Below, in pieces: positions 52,191-61,547 of a stretch of DNA of 64,000 nt. The notes beneath the pieces were generated by a model. It was not told the DNA's origin. It searched no databases and saw only the letters and a list, made by a program, of their open reading frames with translations. Each line of letters starts with the position of its first letter. The first letter of the stretch is position 1. This DNA comes from an uncultured Candidatus Poseidoniales archaeon (lineage in GTDB: Archaea > Thermoplasmatota > Poseidoniia > Poseidoniales > Thalassarchaeaceae). The translations under genes and the position numbers were made by a program. The stretch lies in assembly GCA_964576865.1 (NCBI GenBank), contig CAZNVK010000001.1:50697-114696 (forward strand), given 5' to 3'.

Positions 52191-52625
52191 ATGCGGATAG
52201 TCGTCGCCAAACCCGGTCTGGACGGGCATGACAGGGGAGCCAAAGTCATCGCACGCGCCCTCAGGGATGGGGGCCACGAGGTCATCTACACCGGACTACG
52301 CCGGACTCCTGCTGAAATCGTTAGGATAGTTACCGACGAGGATGCTGCAGCGGTTGGTCTCTCGTCGCTGTCGGGGGCTCACGCAGTGCTGATTCCGCGG
52401 GTTTGTGAGGGACTGCGTGAGGCTGGGATGGATCATGTTGTCGTGTTCGCAGGTGGGATAATTCCCGAACACGACCGGCCGGCCCTCTATTCCGACGGGG
52501 TACGGGCCGTATTCGGGCCGGGAACGACGACGGCCGAGATTCTCGAGTTTCTCGCCACACTCGATGAGCGGGGCGAGTCCGGAGAAGCGACCGGCGTCGG
52601 AGAAGAGGCTGGGTGGCATTGGTGA
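52191..52625 (+). CDS. mcmA2: Methylmalonyl-CoA mutase, cobalamin-binding small subunit
   Basis: B12-binding DxHxxG motif in [15 protein letters not shown]. Rossmann-like 144-aa domain. Confidence 0.8.
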   Translation: MRIVVAKPGLDGHDRGAKVIARALRDGGHEVIYTGLRRTPAEIVRIVTDEDAAAVGLSSLSGAHAVLIPRVCEGLREAGMDHVVVFAGGIIPEHDRPALYSDGVRAVFGPGTTTAEILEFLATLDERGESGEATGVGEEAGWHW

Positions 52626-53491
52626 GCGAGGCCGCTGAATTGCTGAAATTGGCCCGCTCGGGCGACCGGCGTTCGTTGTCACGCTTGCTGACGTTGATTG
52701 AGGAAGGAGCTGAATCGCCTGTCGCTGCCGGTTCGGGGGATTCTTTGGGAATCACCGGGCCGCCCGGCGTCGGCAAATCATCTCTCATCGGTCGGATGAT
52801 CGATGTTTGGACCGAGCGCGGCGAATCGGTAGCGGTTCTAGCGGTTGACCCTTCCTCGCCGCGCAGCGGTGGTGCCCTTCTGGGAGATCGCATGCGTATG
52901 ACGAATGCCGATTCCTCTGACCTCGTCTTCGTGCGCTCACTTGCTACGCGCAATCACCCAGGAGGGCTGATGGATTGTTTGACACCGATGGTCGATGTCC
53001 TGACCGCCTGCGGCTGGCAGAACATCGTCATCGAGACGGTCGGCGCCGGCCAATCAGAGATTCGTGTCGTCGCCTTCGCCGACCGCATACTTCTCGTCGA
53101 TGGCCCCGACCGGGGTGACATCATCCAAGCAGAGAAAGCGGGAATCATGGAGCTCGCCGACCTCATCGCGATCAATAAGGCGGATCTTCCGAATGCGGAG
53201 CGTGCGGCGAATTCGGTGAAATCGGCTCTCTCGGTCGGCGAAGACGAGAACACCCCCGACGTCCTACTCGTCTCCGCACACTCGGGCGAGGGGGTTGAAG
53301 CGATGGTCGATGCATTGTCTCAAACCGCTACGAGCGCCGACAGGGAGCGACTTCGCGTGCGCGAGCGCCTCATCTCAGCTTGGGATTCAGCTCTGTTGAC
53401 CTCTGGAGAATTGGAGCACACACTCGAATCCTTGGAGGCCGGAAACATGACGCTGCGAGAAGCGGTCGCGCGCATCAGGAAAGGAGACTGA
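52613..53491 (+). CDS. meaB: MeaB/ArgK-type G-protein chaperone of methylmalonyl-CoA mutase
   Basis: P-loop [13 protein letters not shown]. NKxD motif INKADL. Overlaps the preceding gene by 13 nt. Confidence 0.8.
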   Translation: MALVSEAAELLKLARSGDRRSLSRLLTLIEEGAESPVAAGSGDSLGITGPPGVGKSSLIGRMIDVWTERGESVAVLAVDPSSPRSGGALLGDRMRMTNADSSDLVFVRSLATRNHPGGLMDCLTPMVDVLTACGWQNIVIETVGAGQSEIRVVAFADRILLVDGPDRGDIIQAEKAGIMELADLIAINKADLPNAERAANSVKSALSVGEDENTPDVLLVSAHSGEGVEAMVDALSQTATSADRERLRVRERLISAWDSALLTSGELEHTLESLEAGNMTLREAVARIRKGD

Positions 53492-53496
53492 ACAGC

Positions 53497-54132
53497 ATGA
53501 ATGACATCCCAGTAGATATCGATCACGCAGAGCATTCGGTCGGCGGTTCAGGCGGTCATTGGTTCCGCCGCTTCACCCATGTAGGAATGTGTGTGATTCC
53601 ATTCGCCTACCACCTGTGGGGCGATACGATTGCAGGGGCGATATCGATGACTCCGCGCGAGTTTGTCATCGCTGTCGGCGTCGCCTTCGTCCTCATCGAA
53701 GCAATTCGTCTCAAATTCGGCATTATCATCGTCGGCCAGCGTGAATACGAAGCCAATCAGATCAGCGCGCTGGCCTGGGGTGCGATGGCGGTCTGCCTGA
53801 CCTTGATTCTCGCACCTCAGGAAGGAACCGATCTGGAGGCGGGTAAGTACACGATTCCAATCATCTGTGGACTAACCTTCGTCGATCCGATCATGGGTGA
53901 GGTCAAGCGAGCAAAGCAAGGTATGCGAGGGGCGGTGATTGTAGGGATGGCAGTCTCCTACACGATTTGGATGGGCAGCGTGGCACTATTCTCAACCCCG
54001 TTCATCGCTGCGCTTCTCCTCGCTCCGCTGACCGTCGCGGGAGAGGTCCCTCGTGTGCGCTGGATTGACGATAACGCGACGATGATTCTCTTCCCACTAA
54101 TCGCTCTCCTGTTATTGCATCCACTATTCTGA
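53497..54132 (+). CDS. Polytopic membrane protein, possibly CTP-dependent polyprenol (dolichol) kinase-like
   Basis: About six hydrophobic helices. The resemblance to the DolK/CdsA superfamily is weak; start set at MNDIPV rather than the ORF start at 53380, which overlaps meaB. Confidence 0.35.
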   Translation: MNDIPVDIDHAEHSVGGSGGHWFRRFTHVGMCVIPFAYHLWGDTIAGAISMTPREFVIAVGVAFVLIEAIRLKFGIIIVGQREYEANQISALAWGAMAVCLTLILAPQEGTDLEAGKYTIPIICGLTFVDPIMGEVKRAKQGMRGAVIVGMAVSYTIWMGSVALFSTPFIAALLLAPLTVAGEVPRVRWIDDNATMILFPLIALLLLHPLF

Positions 54133-54355
54133 GAACTCTCAGCAGGCTTCACAGCCATCGATGTGAGCAGTCACATTTACAACCCGATTTCATCTCGCCG
54201 GTTCGATACAGATGGCTGAGTCAGAGGAAACCGGAGGCATCATCGCCTCACCACTCTCGCAGAACTTCTACATCTTCGTCTGGACCGTTGCCTCGGTCGC
54301 TTCCTTCGCGATCTTCATCGCCTACTGGTGAAACCCCCTCCTCCGGGGAGACGCT

Positions 54356-54841
54356 TCAACTGGCGATGCGGCCAACATCGTCGAATTCGTGGCCTTCATG
54401 CTGAAGTAAGCGAATCTTGGTTGCTTTGCCTCCGGCTCCGCTGTAATTTCCGATGACGCGGTCGCTGCGGATTACTCGATGGCAGGGCACCATTAGCGGC
54501 CATCGGTTATTCGCCATCGCGGAGCCGACTGCTCGGCTGGCTCGCGGGTGGCCCGCACCTGCTGCGAGTCCAGCGTAGGAAATCGTCTGGCCGAATCCTG
54601 TTTGTTCGGTTAGGGTCTGAAGGATTCGTGCATGAAATTCAGTCAATCCAGTTTCGTCTAGGTGTGGGACTGGCGTACTTCTGCCGGCGAAATAGGATTG
54701 TAACCACACCTTCGCGGCTGCGAGGTGCACATTCGAAACACTCTCTCTAGGCACCTCGCCCCAACCAATCTTCGTCAATCCGTTTTCGCTAGCCGCGAAA
54801 TGAATCGCACCCAGTGGTGTCTCGACCCAATCCTGCGCCAT
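54356..54841 (-). CDS. ogt: Methylated-DNA--protein-cysteine S-methyltransferase (Ogt)
   Basis: Active-site PCHRV (VPCHRVIRSD) and helix-turn-helix context TISYAGLAAGAGHPRASRAVGSA. Confidence 0.85.
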   Translation of the reverse strand: MAQDWVETPLGAIHFAASENGLTKIGWGEVPRESVSNVHLAAAKVWLQSYFAGRSTPVPHLDETGLTEFHARILQTLTEQTGFGQTISYAGLAAGAGHPRASRAVGSAMANNRWPLMVPCHRVIRSDRVIGNYSGAGGKATKIRLLQHEGHEFDDVGRIAS

Positions 54842-54850
54842 AAATTTGAA

Positions 54851-55180
54851 TCAGGATTCAGGGTCTTTGACCTTATCGTAGTCTGAAGAATTATTTTCGA
54901 TTTCCTCGGGTTCATCTCCACCCTGAATTGTTTCCATACCAACAATCTCGTAATTCGAGGGGAATAATGCAACAGCAACTCCTCCAACAATTGCTGCCAA
55001 TCCGAGATAGAATTGTTGTTGCACCATGATGAGTTCAAGCCCAATCGCAACCAGCAGCAATCCACCGAGATTTGAAATCCAGACGAGATTCTTGAAGGTC
55101 CCAAGAGAGACGCCAGTCGAATTCTCAGTCCTCTTCGGCCCGAACTCAGCGCCGAATCTCACAGGGTCATCCTTTGCCAT
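54851..55180 (-). CDS. Small membrane protein (109 aa, two TM helices, acidic C-terminus)
   Basis: Hydrophobic segments LGGLLLVAIGLELIMV and LGLAAIVGGVAVALF. Confidence 0.4.
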   Translation of the reverse strand: MAKDDPVRFGAEFGPKRTENSTGVSLGTFKNLVWISNLGGLLLVAIGLELIMVQQQFYLGLAAIVGGVAVALFPSNYEIVGMETIQGGDEPEEIENNSSDYDKVKDPES

Positions 55181-55184
55181 TCAA

Positions 55185-55517
55185 TCACCTATCAATCATG
55201 ATAATCGCGTCCGTCGGGCAGGCGAGGACGCAGAGTTTGCAGCCGGTGCATGGGTCACGTAGGACGCGGGCTTTGCGGTTGACGTCGACATCCATAATCG
55301 GGCTGGCCATCGGAGTATCGTAGAGTTCGATGGCATCGTCATCGCAGACAATAGTGCACTGGTCACAGCCGATGCACAATTCCTCCTTCACCCAAGCGAC
55401 CGCTTCCTCGCCGCCCTTGAGTTTGGCTCGCTCCTCCGCGCGCATGGCATTCATCACCATGCGAATGCGACGTTGCTCGCGCGCGCGGCGAGCAGCGAGG
55501 TCAGGGATATCGGTCAT
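55185..55517 (-). CDS. 2x[4Fe-4S] ferredoxin with basic N-terminal extension
   Basis: CIGCDQCTIVC and CTGCKLCVLACP cluster motifs. Confidence 0.75.
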   Translation of the reverse strand: MTDIPDLAARRAREQRRIRMVMNAMRAEERAKLKGGEEAVAWVKEELCIGCDQCTIVCDDDAIELYDTPMASPIMDVDVNRKARVLRDPCTGCKLCVLACPTDAIIMIDR

Positions 55518-55608
55518 CCGAATCGATGCTGCCGGCCGGTCCTTCTCAAGCCTACGGTCGGCTTTGGTTCGAATTTACATCCCGTTGAAGAACAGGTGAG
55601 CTTGGGTT

Positions 55609-58386
55609 TCACTGGCGCTTTGCATCGATTTGGCGCGCCAAGAAGGAGACGACGTCGAGGATTTCGAAGTCGTGTCGCGGATCGCCTTCGAACTTCAGGC
55701 ACTCGAAGTGACTGACGCACTTCGGGCAGCTGGTCAGCATGATGTCCGCGCCCGTCGCCTTCACCTCATCGAAGCGCTCGAGGCGCAGGGTGCGACTATT
55801 CTCATTGCACGACATCATGCTCGAAACACCGCAGCAAAGGGCATCTTCGCCGGAGTGCTCCATCTCAACAAGGTCCACTCCGTCGACCGCGCGAACGAGG
55901 TCGCGCGGCTCATCATAGATATTCATCTGACGACCGAGCCGACAAGGATCGTGGTAGGTCACAGTGACGTCTTCAGGTGTGGCGAGGTCCATGTCGAAAC
56001 CGTTTTCGATCAGGAATTCAGTCGTGTGCATGACCTTCATGTCATCGAGTTCGTAATCCATCGCAAAGGTTCGGAAGCACTCAGCGCATGAGGTCACGAG
56101 GGTATCGATTCCGCTCTCTCCGAGCTTCTTCTGATTGTATGCCTTCAGCTTCTCGAAGACTTCCGTCATTCCTTGCCACTTCTGGTCGTGTCCGCAGCAC
56201 TTGAGGAAGTCTCGTCCGAGGTATGTGACGTCCTTGTTCATCTCGTCGAAGATAGTGAAAGCGGCTGTCGTGGTCTCTCCGAGGTTCATTTCTCCCTCGT
56301 TGACATGGCTGAAAATCATCTCTTGGTCGATGTAGTCAACGCAGCCTGGGTAGTAACCAACGCTACTGTCTATCGGGTACTGCTCCACCGGAATGAACTC
56401 CGCGTCGGCGTCCTCTTCAGCCTCTGCCGCGAGGACGGCTTGGAGGAGAGTGTGTGGTATTTCGGCGGCTGGAGGGCCGCCGACCATCAGGTTGCGGCGA
56501 ATGTCGACGTATGAGTCGTAATCGACTAGCTGCGGGCAAGCGTTCGTGCAAGCGGTGCAGGTCAGACAGGAGTATAGTGGAACCCCGTCATCTTCGTTAT
56601 TCCAGGTGTTGTAGATGATGTTGAGTTTGTCACCTGCATTGAATAGACGAACTGGGCAGGCGTCGTCGCACAGGTCGCAGCCGTAGCACTTGTTCATCTC
56701 CCACTCATAGCCTCGTGCCATGCTGCGCATCAGCATGTAGACGATTGCTCCTACTCCGAGACAAGGAATGAACATCGAGTAGGTCAGCTTGGCGTCGAGG
56801 CTCTTTGGGTTCTTCTTGTAGGTTGGATTGTCGAAGGTCATCGCCTCGAGGTCGGTTCCGGAGGGGAGGTTGTCACGTAGGGGTGTGGCGCCTGTTGCGT
56901 CCAGGAGCAGGGGCTGGAAGGCGGTGGCTGAGAAGTCGGTGATCATCGTCACCGTCTCATTAACACCACTCGAGGTGACACTGTACTTCAGATTGTAATT
57001 GCCTGGTGCTAGCTTGAGAGTCGTACTGTCGCACTCACCATCCGCTGACCACAGGACCTTTCCTGCGTCGTTGCTGATGCTGAGTGCTTGTGAATGGCTA
57101 CCAGCTGCCCGGACTGTTGTGCGGAAGTTGCAGCCGATGTCGACGAAGACCGAGGAGAGTCCGAGGTCTTCGATGTGCATAACATCGGACCAACTCTGGC
57201 TAATCTCGCTCAAATCTGAAGTTCCCTCGTATTCGATGGCTTGTCCGGCCGCGTTGCGACCGCTATCCATATCGGCGTGGCCGTTGACTCCCTCGAAGTC
57301 GATGACTACCGATTGAGTCGGTTGGAAGATTCCCCAATTCGACCAATGTTCTGCAGGTAAGGCACACCACCTCGCGGGGTCTTCATTTTCGTCTAAAGTA
57401 CTCCAGACCCCGAGGTCGGAAGATTCTGTGAAGGTCATGCAGAGGTCTCCCCACTCGTCCCAATCATCGCCTTTGGCGTCGTAGACGAGTGTATCGGCGG
57501 GCTGGCCACGCATGTCTTCGAGATCTTCGATCTCATCCATAGCACCCAGTCCGCCGTAATCCCAGAAGCCTCCCTCGTAGATTGGCCAGGTAACAGCTGA
57601 AATCATCACAGCGAGAATGAGGGAGCCAATCGCGACTTGCTTACCCATCGCAGGTGTAAGTCGCGCGCCGATGGAATTCACCAAGAACCATCTGACTGCG
57701 AAGAATAACACGGCGAAGATGAAGATTCCAGTGAGGATCCACGGCACAGCATTGAACACTTCAGCAGTCCACGGTGCCTGTCTACCACAATCTAGGACAT
57801 GCTTTGAGTTCGCCCAACAATAATCTGTTCGATCTTTGGCATATAATTCAAGGAAGATATTGATTGAAAATACAGAGATGAACCAGACGTGGGCGAGGTA
57901 GACCGCACCAGCAGTTGCGAACCAAGGGTCCTCGACAGGCCTCTTCTCGCGCCCACCCAAGAACGGCGGAAGCGCGAGTATACCGACTGGTATTCCAGTC
58001 AGGAAGGCACCCCACCATGCAGCGTTCCACGAGATTACCGGGGCACCCAAGAAGTCGCCTATCGGGCCGGCTGGAAGCACGAATTGCGGCAAATATTCGC
58101 CCCATCGCAGATATCCATACGAGAATAGAACATACCAGTCAGGGAATACGAAGCCGGCCTGTGCAAACGGGTCCGCCGCGCTGTGCAGCGGCGGCGGAAT
58201 CAACCAGCAATAGAAAGCAAGAACCATCATCATGGCTGCAAAGATGATCGAATCGCGAAGCACTTCCGTCGGCCAAAAAGCGTGCCCGACAAAGACTCGC
58301 TTGCGCTCGTGCTCCGCTTCAAGCAGCGTACTCTTCTCTCGGACGTAAGTATCCGCAATCCGCCCGAATCTATCGATCATTCCCAT
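55609..58386 (-). CDS. Fusion protein: cytochrome b C-terminal (subunit IV-like) membrane domain + extracytoplasmic domain + TM helix + cytoplasmic HdrD/DsrK/GlpC-like module (2x[4Fe-4S] + two CCG domains)
   Basis: N-terminal FVFPDWYVLFSYGYLRW matches the PEWY motif of the cytochrome b C-terminal domain / SUIV, with several TM helices. Residues ~250-520 are an acidic soluble region, followed by TM LTYSMFIPCLGVGAIVYMLM. Then CYGCDLCDDACP and CLTCTACTNACP. Then two CCG domains (C...KCCGHD...CAEC and C...LCCGVS...CPKC). Confidence 0.7.
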   Translation of the reverse strand: MGMIDRFGRIADTYVREKSTLLEAEHERKRVFVGHAFWPTEVLRDSIIFAAMMMVLAFYCWLIPPPLHSAADPFAQAGFVFPDWYVLFSYGYLRWGEYLPQFVLPAGPIGDFLGAPVISWNAAWWGAFLTGIPVGILALPPFLGGREKRPVEDPWFATAGAVYLAHVWFISVFSINIFLELYAKDRTDYCWANSKHVLDCGRQAPWTAEVFNAVPWILTGIFIFAVLFFAVRWFLVNSIGARLTPAMGKQVAIGSLILAVMISAVTWPIYEGGFWDYGGLGAMDEIEDLEDMRGQPADTLVYDAKGDDWDEWGDLCMTFTESSDLGVWSTLDENEDPARWCALPAEHWSNWGIFQPTQSVVIDFEGVNGHADMDSGRNAAGQAIEYEGTSDLSEISQSWSDVMHIEDLGLSSVFVDIGCNFRTTVRAAGSHSQALSISNDAGKVLWSADGECDSTTLKLAPGNYNLKYSVTSSGVNETVTMITDFSATAFQPLLLDATGATPLRDNLPSGTDLEAMTFDNPTYKKNPKSLDAKLTYSMFIPCLGVGAIVYMLMRSMARGYEWEMNKCYGCDLCDDACPVRLFNAGDKLNIIYNTWNNEDDGVPLYSCLTCTACTNACPQLVDYDSYVDIRRNLMVGGPPAAEIPHTLLQAVLAAEAEEDADAEFIPVEQYPIDSSVGYYPGCVDYIDQEMIFSHVNEGEMNLGETTTAAFTIFDEMNKDVTYLGRDFLKCCGHDQKWQGMTEVFEKLKAYNQKKLGESGIDTLVTSCAECFRTFAMDYELDDMKVMHTTEFLIENGFDMDLATPEDVTVTYHDPCRLGRQMNIYDEPRDLVRAVDGVDLVEMEHSGEDALCCGVSSMMSCNENSRTLRLERFDEVKATGADIMLTSCPKCVSHFECLKFEGDPRHDFEILDVVSFLARQIDAKRQ

Positions 58387-58401
58387 GTCAAAGACCTCCG
58401 A

Positions 58402-59271
58402 TCAGTGCGGCTCCGCAATACCTTGCACCCAGACGATGAATAAATGCGCCAGAATCAGCGCCGTCACGACGACGGGCAGAATGAATACGTGCAGGAAATA
58501 CATACGCGTAACCGTCTGTCCGGAGAGCGATGTTCCCGCGAACATCGCGGTCGCGACCCACCCTCCGATGAGGGGGGTCGAGTTCGCCATGTTGATTCCG
58601 ATTGTAGCGGCTCCGAAAGCCAAACTATCCCAAGGCAGGAGGTAGCCCGAGTAACCGAAGAAGATAGTGAAGAACATCAGGGCGACGCCGATTAGCCAGT
58701 TGAGCTCGCGGGGGTTTCGGTATGCGCCAGTGAAGTACACGCGACACATGTGAAGGAAGACAGCGGCCACCATGAAGTGCGTCGTCCAGTGGTGTATCGA
58801 GCGGATGATGTAGCCGAATGGAAGCTGAGTCATGATGAACTCCATCGATGAATAGGCAGGGGTTGGGTCGCCTTCTCCTCCCGGCACGTAATAGAGTCCG
58901 AGGACCGTGCCGGTGATGACGAGAATCACGAAGGCGAGGAAGGAGATTCCACCCAAGCAGTAGAGTGGATACCAATACCAAATGATTCGCAGTTTATACT
59001 TCTCAGCGTGCGTAAGAGGCATTTGTCGGTGCACGCTGTAGTACGCATCCCGGCTCATGCCCCAGTAATCTTGGATGCGAAAGCGCGTGTCGAGCCACGA
59101 GAATGCCCAGAGGAAGGATTTCTCCGCCAAGCCCATGCTGCCAGCGCTCGTCTCGACCGCTCGAAGGATATCCTTGCGGGGCATTTCGTCCCGCTCCTTG
59201 CGCAGAGTGAAAGCGACGAGGACGACGACGAGGGCGATGAAGAGCCAAAGGAACCAGAATTGCAGCATCAT
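58402..59271 (-). CDS. petB: Cytochrome b, N-terminal heme-binding domain (b6-like, split cytochrome b)
   Basis: Heme-ligand histidines in RSIHHWTTHFMVAAVFLHMCRVYFTGAY and RMYFLHVFILPVVVTALILAHLFIV. Four TM helices. GYSGYLLPWDSLAFGAATIG matches the conserved cytochrome b cd-loop. Confidence 0.85.
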   Translation of the reverse strand: MMLQFWFLWLFIALVVVLVAFTLRKERDEMPRKDILRAVETSAGSMGLAEKSFLWAFSWLDTRFRIQDYWGMSRDAYYSVHRQMPLTHAEKYKLRIIWYWYPLYCLGGISFLAFVILVITGTVLGLYYVPGGEGDPTPAYSSMEFIMTQLPFGYIIRSIHHWTTHFMVAAVFLHMCRVYFTGAYRNPRELNWLIGVALMFFTIFFGYSGYLLPWDSLAFGAATIGINMANSTPLIGGWVATAMFAGTSLSGQTVTRMYFLHVFILPVVVTALILAHLFIVWVQGIAEPH

Positions 59272-59277
59272 CTCACC

Positions 59278-60132
59278 TCAGTCGCAGTATGTGTACCAAT
59301 CTTTGAAGTCCGGCAGTGCTTCAATGGTATCGCCCGTGATGACCCACGGGATGAGTGGTAGTCCGACCGGAGCAGGACCTCCGGTTCGGCGGATGCCGAA
59401 GTAATCGAATTCCGCTCCGGTCGAGCGGTTTCGACTTCGATTCTTCTCGATCGCGGTCGGGTCAAATCGGCTCGAGTGACAGATGCAGAACAATTTGTTC
59501 CCACCCGCGTCGACAGCGCCCGGCGTCCATTGGTCATTGGTGAAATCGTTCTGGACCAATTGCCAGCCGGGGATGCAGCATAGGTGGGTGCAGCGAGAGA
59601 ATATGACAATCAGATTGTCGTGGATCGAGAGCGACGCATAGTCGGGATTCTCATCCATCTCGTATCCGCTACCGACGTACTTTCCACTCTCGGTGTAGCC
59701 GTCCATGAATTGGAAGCGGGGTGAGTTGGTACTCGGAGCCGAGGTCGCGTTCTCGGCGTGTGGGACGTAGACGACATTGACCGGCAGTCCGGACCAGACG
59801 CCTTGAGCACCAGACATACCGGTCGGGCTGGCCTCGGCAGCGGCGACGAAAGCTGAGTATGACATTGGCTCGAGGTGTCGGTCACCATACCAAGCTGAGT
59901 CCTCAGCACCGGTAGGTACCCAGAAACGGACGGCGGTGTCGCCGCTCGAGGAATCGGCTGTTCCCATCAGAAGAGAAGCGAAGCCGATGCTGCCGAGGCT
60001 AGCCATGGTGATGACTCCCGCCGCGGTGTTGAATGAATAACGCATGAACTCGCGGCGGTCGATGACGGGATTTGATTGAGAAACCTCGTCATCGGCTCCA
60101 GGAAGTGGACGTAGTCGGAATCTTCGCGCCAT
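59278..60132 (-). CDS. petA: Rieske [2Fe-2S] iron-sulfur protein with twin-arginine signal
   Basis: Tat-like DRREFMRYS followed by a hydrophobic anchor. Rieske boxes CTHLCC and CICHSS. 284 aa. Confidence 0.8.
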   Translation of the reverse strand: MARRFRLRPLPGADDEVSQSNPVIDRREFMRYSFNTAAGVITMASLGSIGFASLLMGTADSSSGDTAVRFWVPTGAEDSAWYGDRHLEPMSYSAFVAAAEASPTGMSGAQGVWSGLPVNVVYVPHAENATSAPSTNSPRFQFMDGYTESGKYVGSGYEMDENPDYASLSIHDNLIVIFSRCTHLCCIPGWQLVQNDFTNDQWTPGAVDAGGNKLFCICHSSRFDPTAIEKNRSRNRSTGAEFDYFGIRRTGGPAPVGLPLIPWVITGDTIEALPDFKDWYTYCD

Positions 60133-60135
60133 GAA

Positions 60136-60585
60136 TCACACCTCGTATTGTTGCCATCCTTCTGTGTCATTAGGAGTGATGTACTTGTTCCGCCTATGTT
60201 TGACGACTACCACATCTGGCATGACGAATCTCAGGTAGACGATTCCCATCAAGATGACCGTCAGCAGCGTCATCGCCAAATGGAACGATAGACGCTGCTG
60301 GTCCCAGTGGTTGAACAATCCGTAAGAGAGAGTTCCAGCCCAGAACAGGGTCCAGAGGATTCCCCAGAGTGCGAATACGACGACGAGGGCGGATTCGCCG
60401 GAAGGCGAGAGGCTGGCGCGGACGATAGTACCGGCTTCGGGTTCGTTGAAGACTCCATGGTCAACCGCTGCGATGTAATTTTCCTCGCTCAGGTCAACTC
60501 CGGTTAACGCATCGCGTGCGTCCTCAACACTTACTTTGCCAGACTTGACCTCGCGCAGGAGTTTCATAACGACGTCGTCTTTCAC
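60136..60585 (-). CDS. Small membrane protein with N-terminal soluble helical domain and two TM helices
   Basis: TMs LVVVFALWGILWTLFWAG and LAMTLLTVILMGIVYL. Overlaps the next gene by 4 nt, consistent with an operon. Confidence 0.45.
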   Translation of the reverse strand: MKDDVVMKLLREVKSGKVSVEDARDALTGVDLSEENYIAAVDHGVFNEPEAGTIVRASLSPSGESALVVVFALWGILWTLFWAGTLSYGLFNHWDQQRLSFHLAMTLLTVILMGIVYLRFVMPDVVVVKHRRNKYITPNDTEGWQQYEV

Positions 60586-61397
60586 AGTTGGTCACCCCTT
60601 CGTAGATGCTTGATGCGCAATTTGAGTAGGTTGCTTCGGCCTTCGTAGTGACGGGAAAATCCGTAGCGTAGGAAGAGTCCGCAAAAGAGGATGACGAGAA
60701 TCACTGCGCCGAAGCCGAGCAGCCCAAGCCAGTGGGCTCGCAGGGCAGCTCCCATATGATGCAGGTCGATGTGGGTTTCCGCTGGCGCGGGAGGCTCGAT
60801 CTCTCCGTTTCCGCTGAAGATTGTCCGACTATTGCCGTTATCGGTTCCCTCGTCGACCGAGGTTGTCAGACGATTCCAGCGGTCGAGGTCAGAGGGTGCG
60901 TGGTCACCGTTGACAGCGTTTCCTGAGAGAGAAATGGTGACTACGCCGGTGCCTTCTGACGGGGCCGTCCAGATGATGAGCCAAGTCCTGTCGGCGGTTG
61001 AGCCGCCAGAGCCAGCATGGGTCAGGCTGGTAGAATCGCCCTCCCAGTTCTGGACTTGGCTCTCGTAGCCTTCGCCGCCGGCGAGTGAGCCTGCACTGAC
61101 TCGCAGTGCGAATCCTCCGGTGGTTGATTGAGTGTCGATTTCAGGGCCACCGATAAGTTGGATCTTCATGGCGTATGTCGTGCCTGCACTGTAATGGTAA
61201 GGTACACCGTCGAGGATGACGGTGACTGAATTATCTGGCAGTTCCGAATGGCAGGTGCATCCTGCCAGTGCTACGTCTCCCTCGTCATCCTCGTCCCCTC
61301 CGATGCCGGTGGAGTAGGCTTGGCTTGAACCTGCGAGAAGAAGAGCGAAACAAGCCAGTACGAGTAGCCTTTGCGAGGTCGAGTGATGCGTCTTCAT
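60582..61397 (-). CDS. Secreted membrane-anchored protein of the Rieske/cyt b cluster (signal peptide, beta-rich domain with CxCH, C-terminal TM)
   Basis: Signal LLVLACFALLLAGSSQA. C-terminal TM LGLLGFGAVILVILFCGLFL. Start set at MKTHHS; the ORF extends to 61445. Confidence 0.5.
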   Translation of the reverse strand: MKTHHSTSQRLLVLACFALLLAGSSQAYSTGIGGDEDDEGDVALAGCTCHSELPDNSVTVILDGVPYHYSAGTTYAMKIQLIGGPEIDTQSTTGGFALRVSAGSLAGGEGYESQVQNWEGDSTSLTHAGSGGSTADRTWLIIWTAPSEGTGVVTISLSGNAVNGDHAPSDLDRWNRLTTSVDEGTDNGNSRTIFSGNGEIEPPAPAETHIDLHHMGAALRAHWLGLLGFGAVILVILFCGLFLRYGFSRHYEGRSNLLKLRIKHLRRGDQL

Positions 61398-61547
61398 CCT
61401 TTGACCTCTTTCGACGAAGCATTCCACCCGACATCGGGCTATCAAGGTTTCAGTTTGACCCCTACGGGGTCCCTCTCTGTGACGCCCCTCGGGTGGGGGG
61501 TTCGTAACCTGCGAAACCTCAAACGAATCAGCGTTCTCGATGGTGTG

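Noticed and set aside
53380-53496. Use of the ORF-track start (53380) for the membrane protein
   Set aside because: It would overlap the meaB C-terminus by about 110 nt and encode a non-hydrophobic, Arg-rich extension. The ATG at 53497, preceded by GGAGA, is a more plausible start.
60582-61397. CTCH in the secreted protein as a heme-c attachment site
   Set aside because: Canonical c-type heme sites are CxxCH (or CxnCH with n of 3 or more). CxCH is not an established heme-binding motif.
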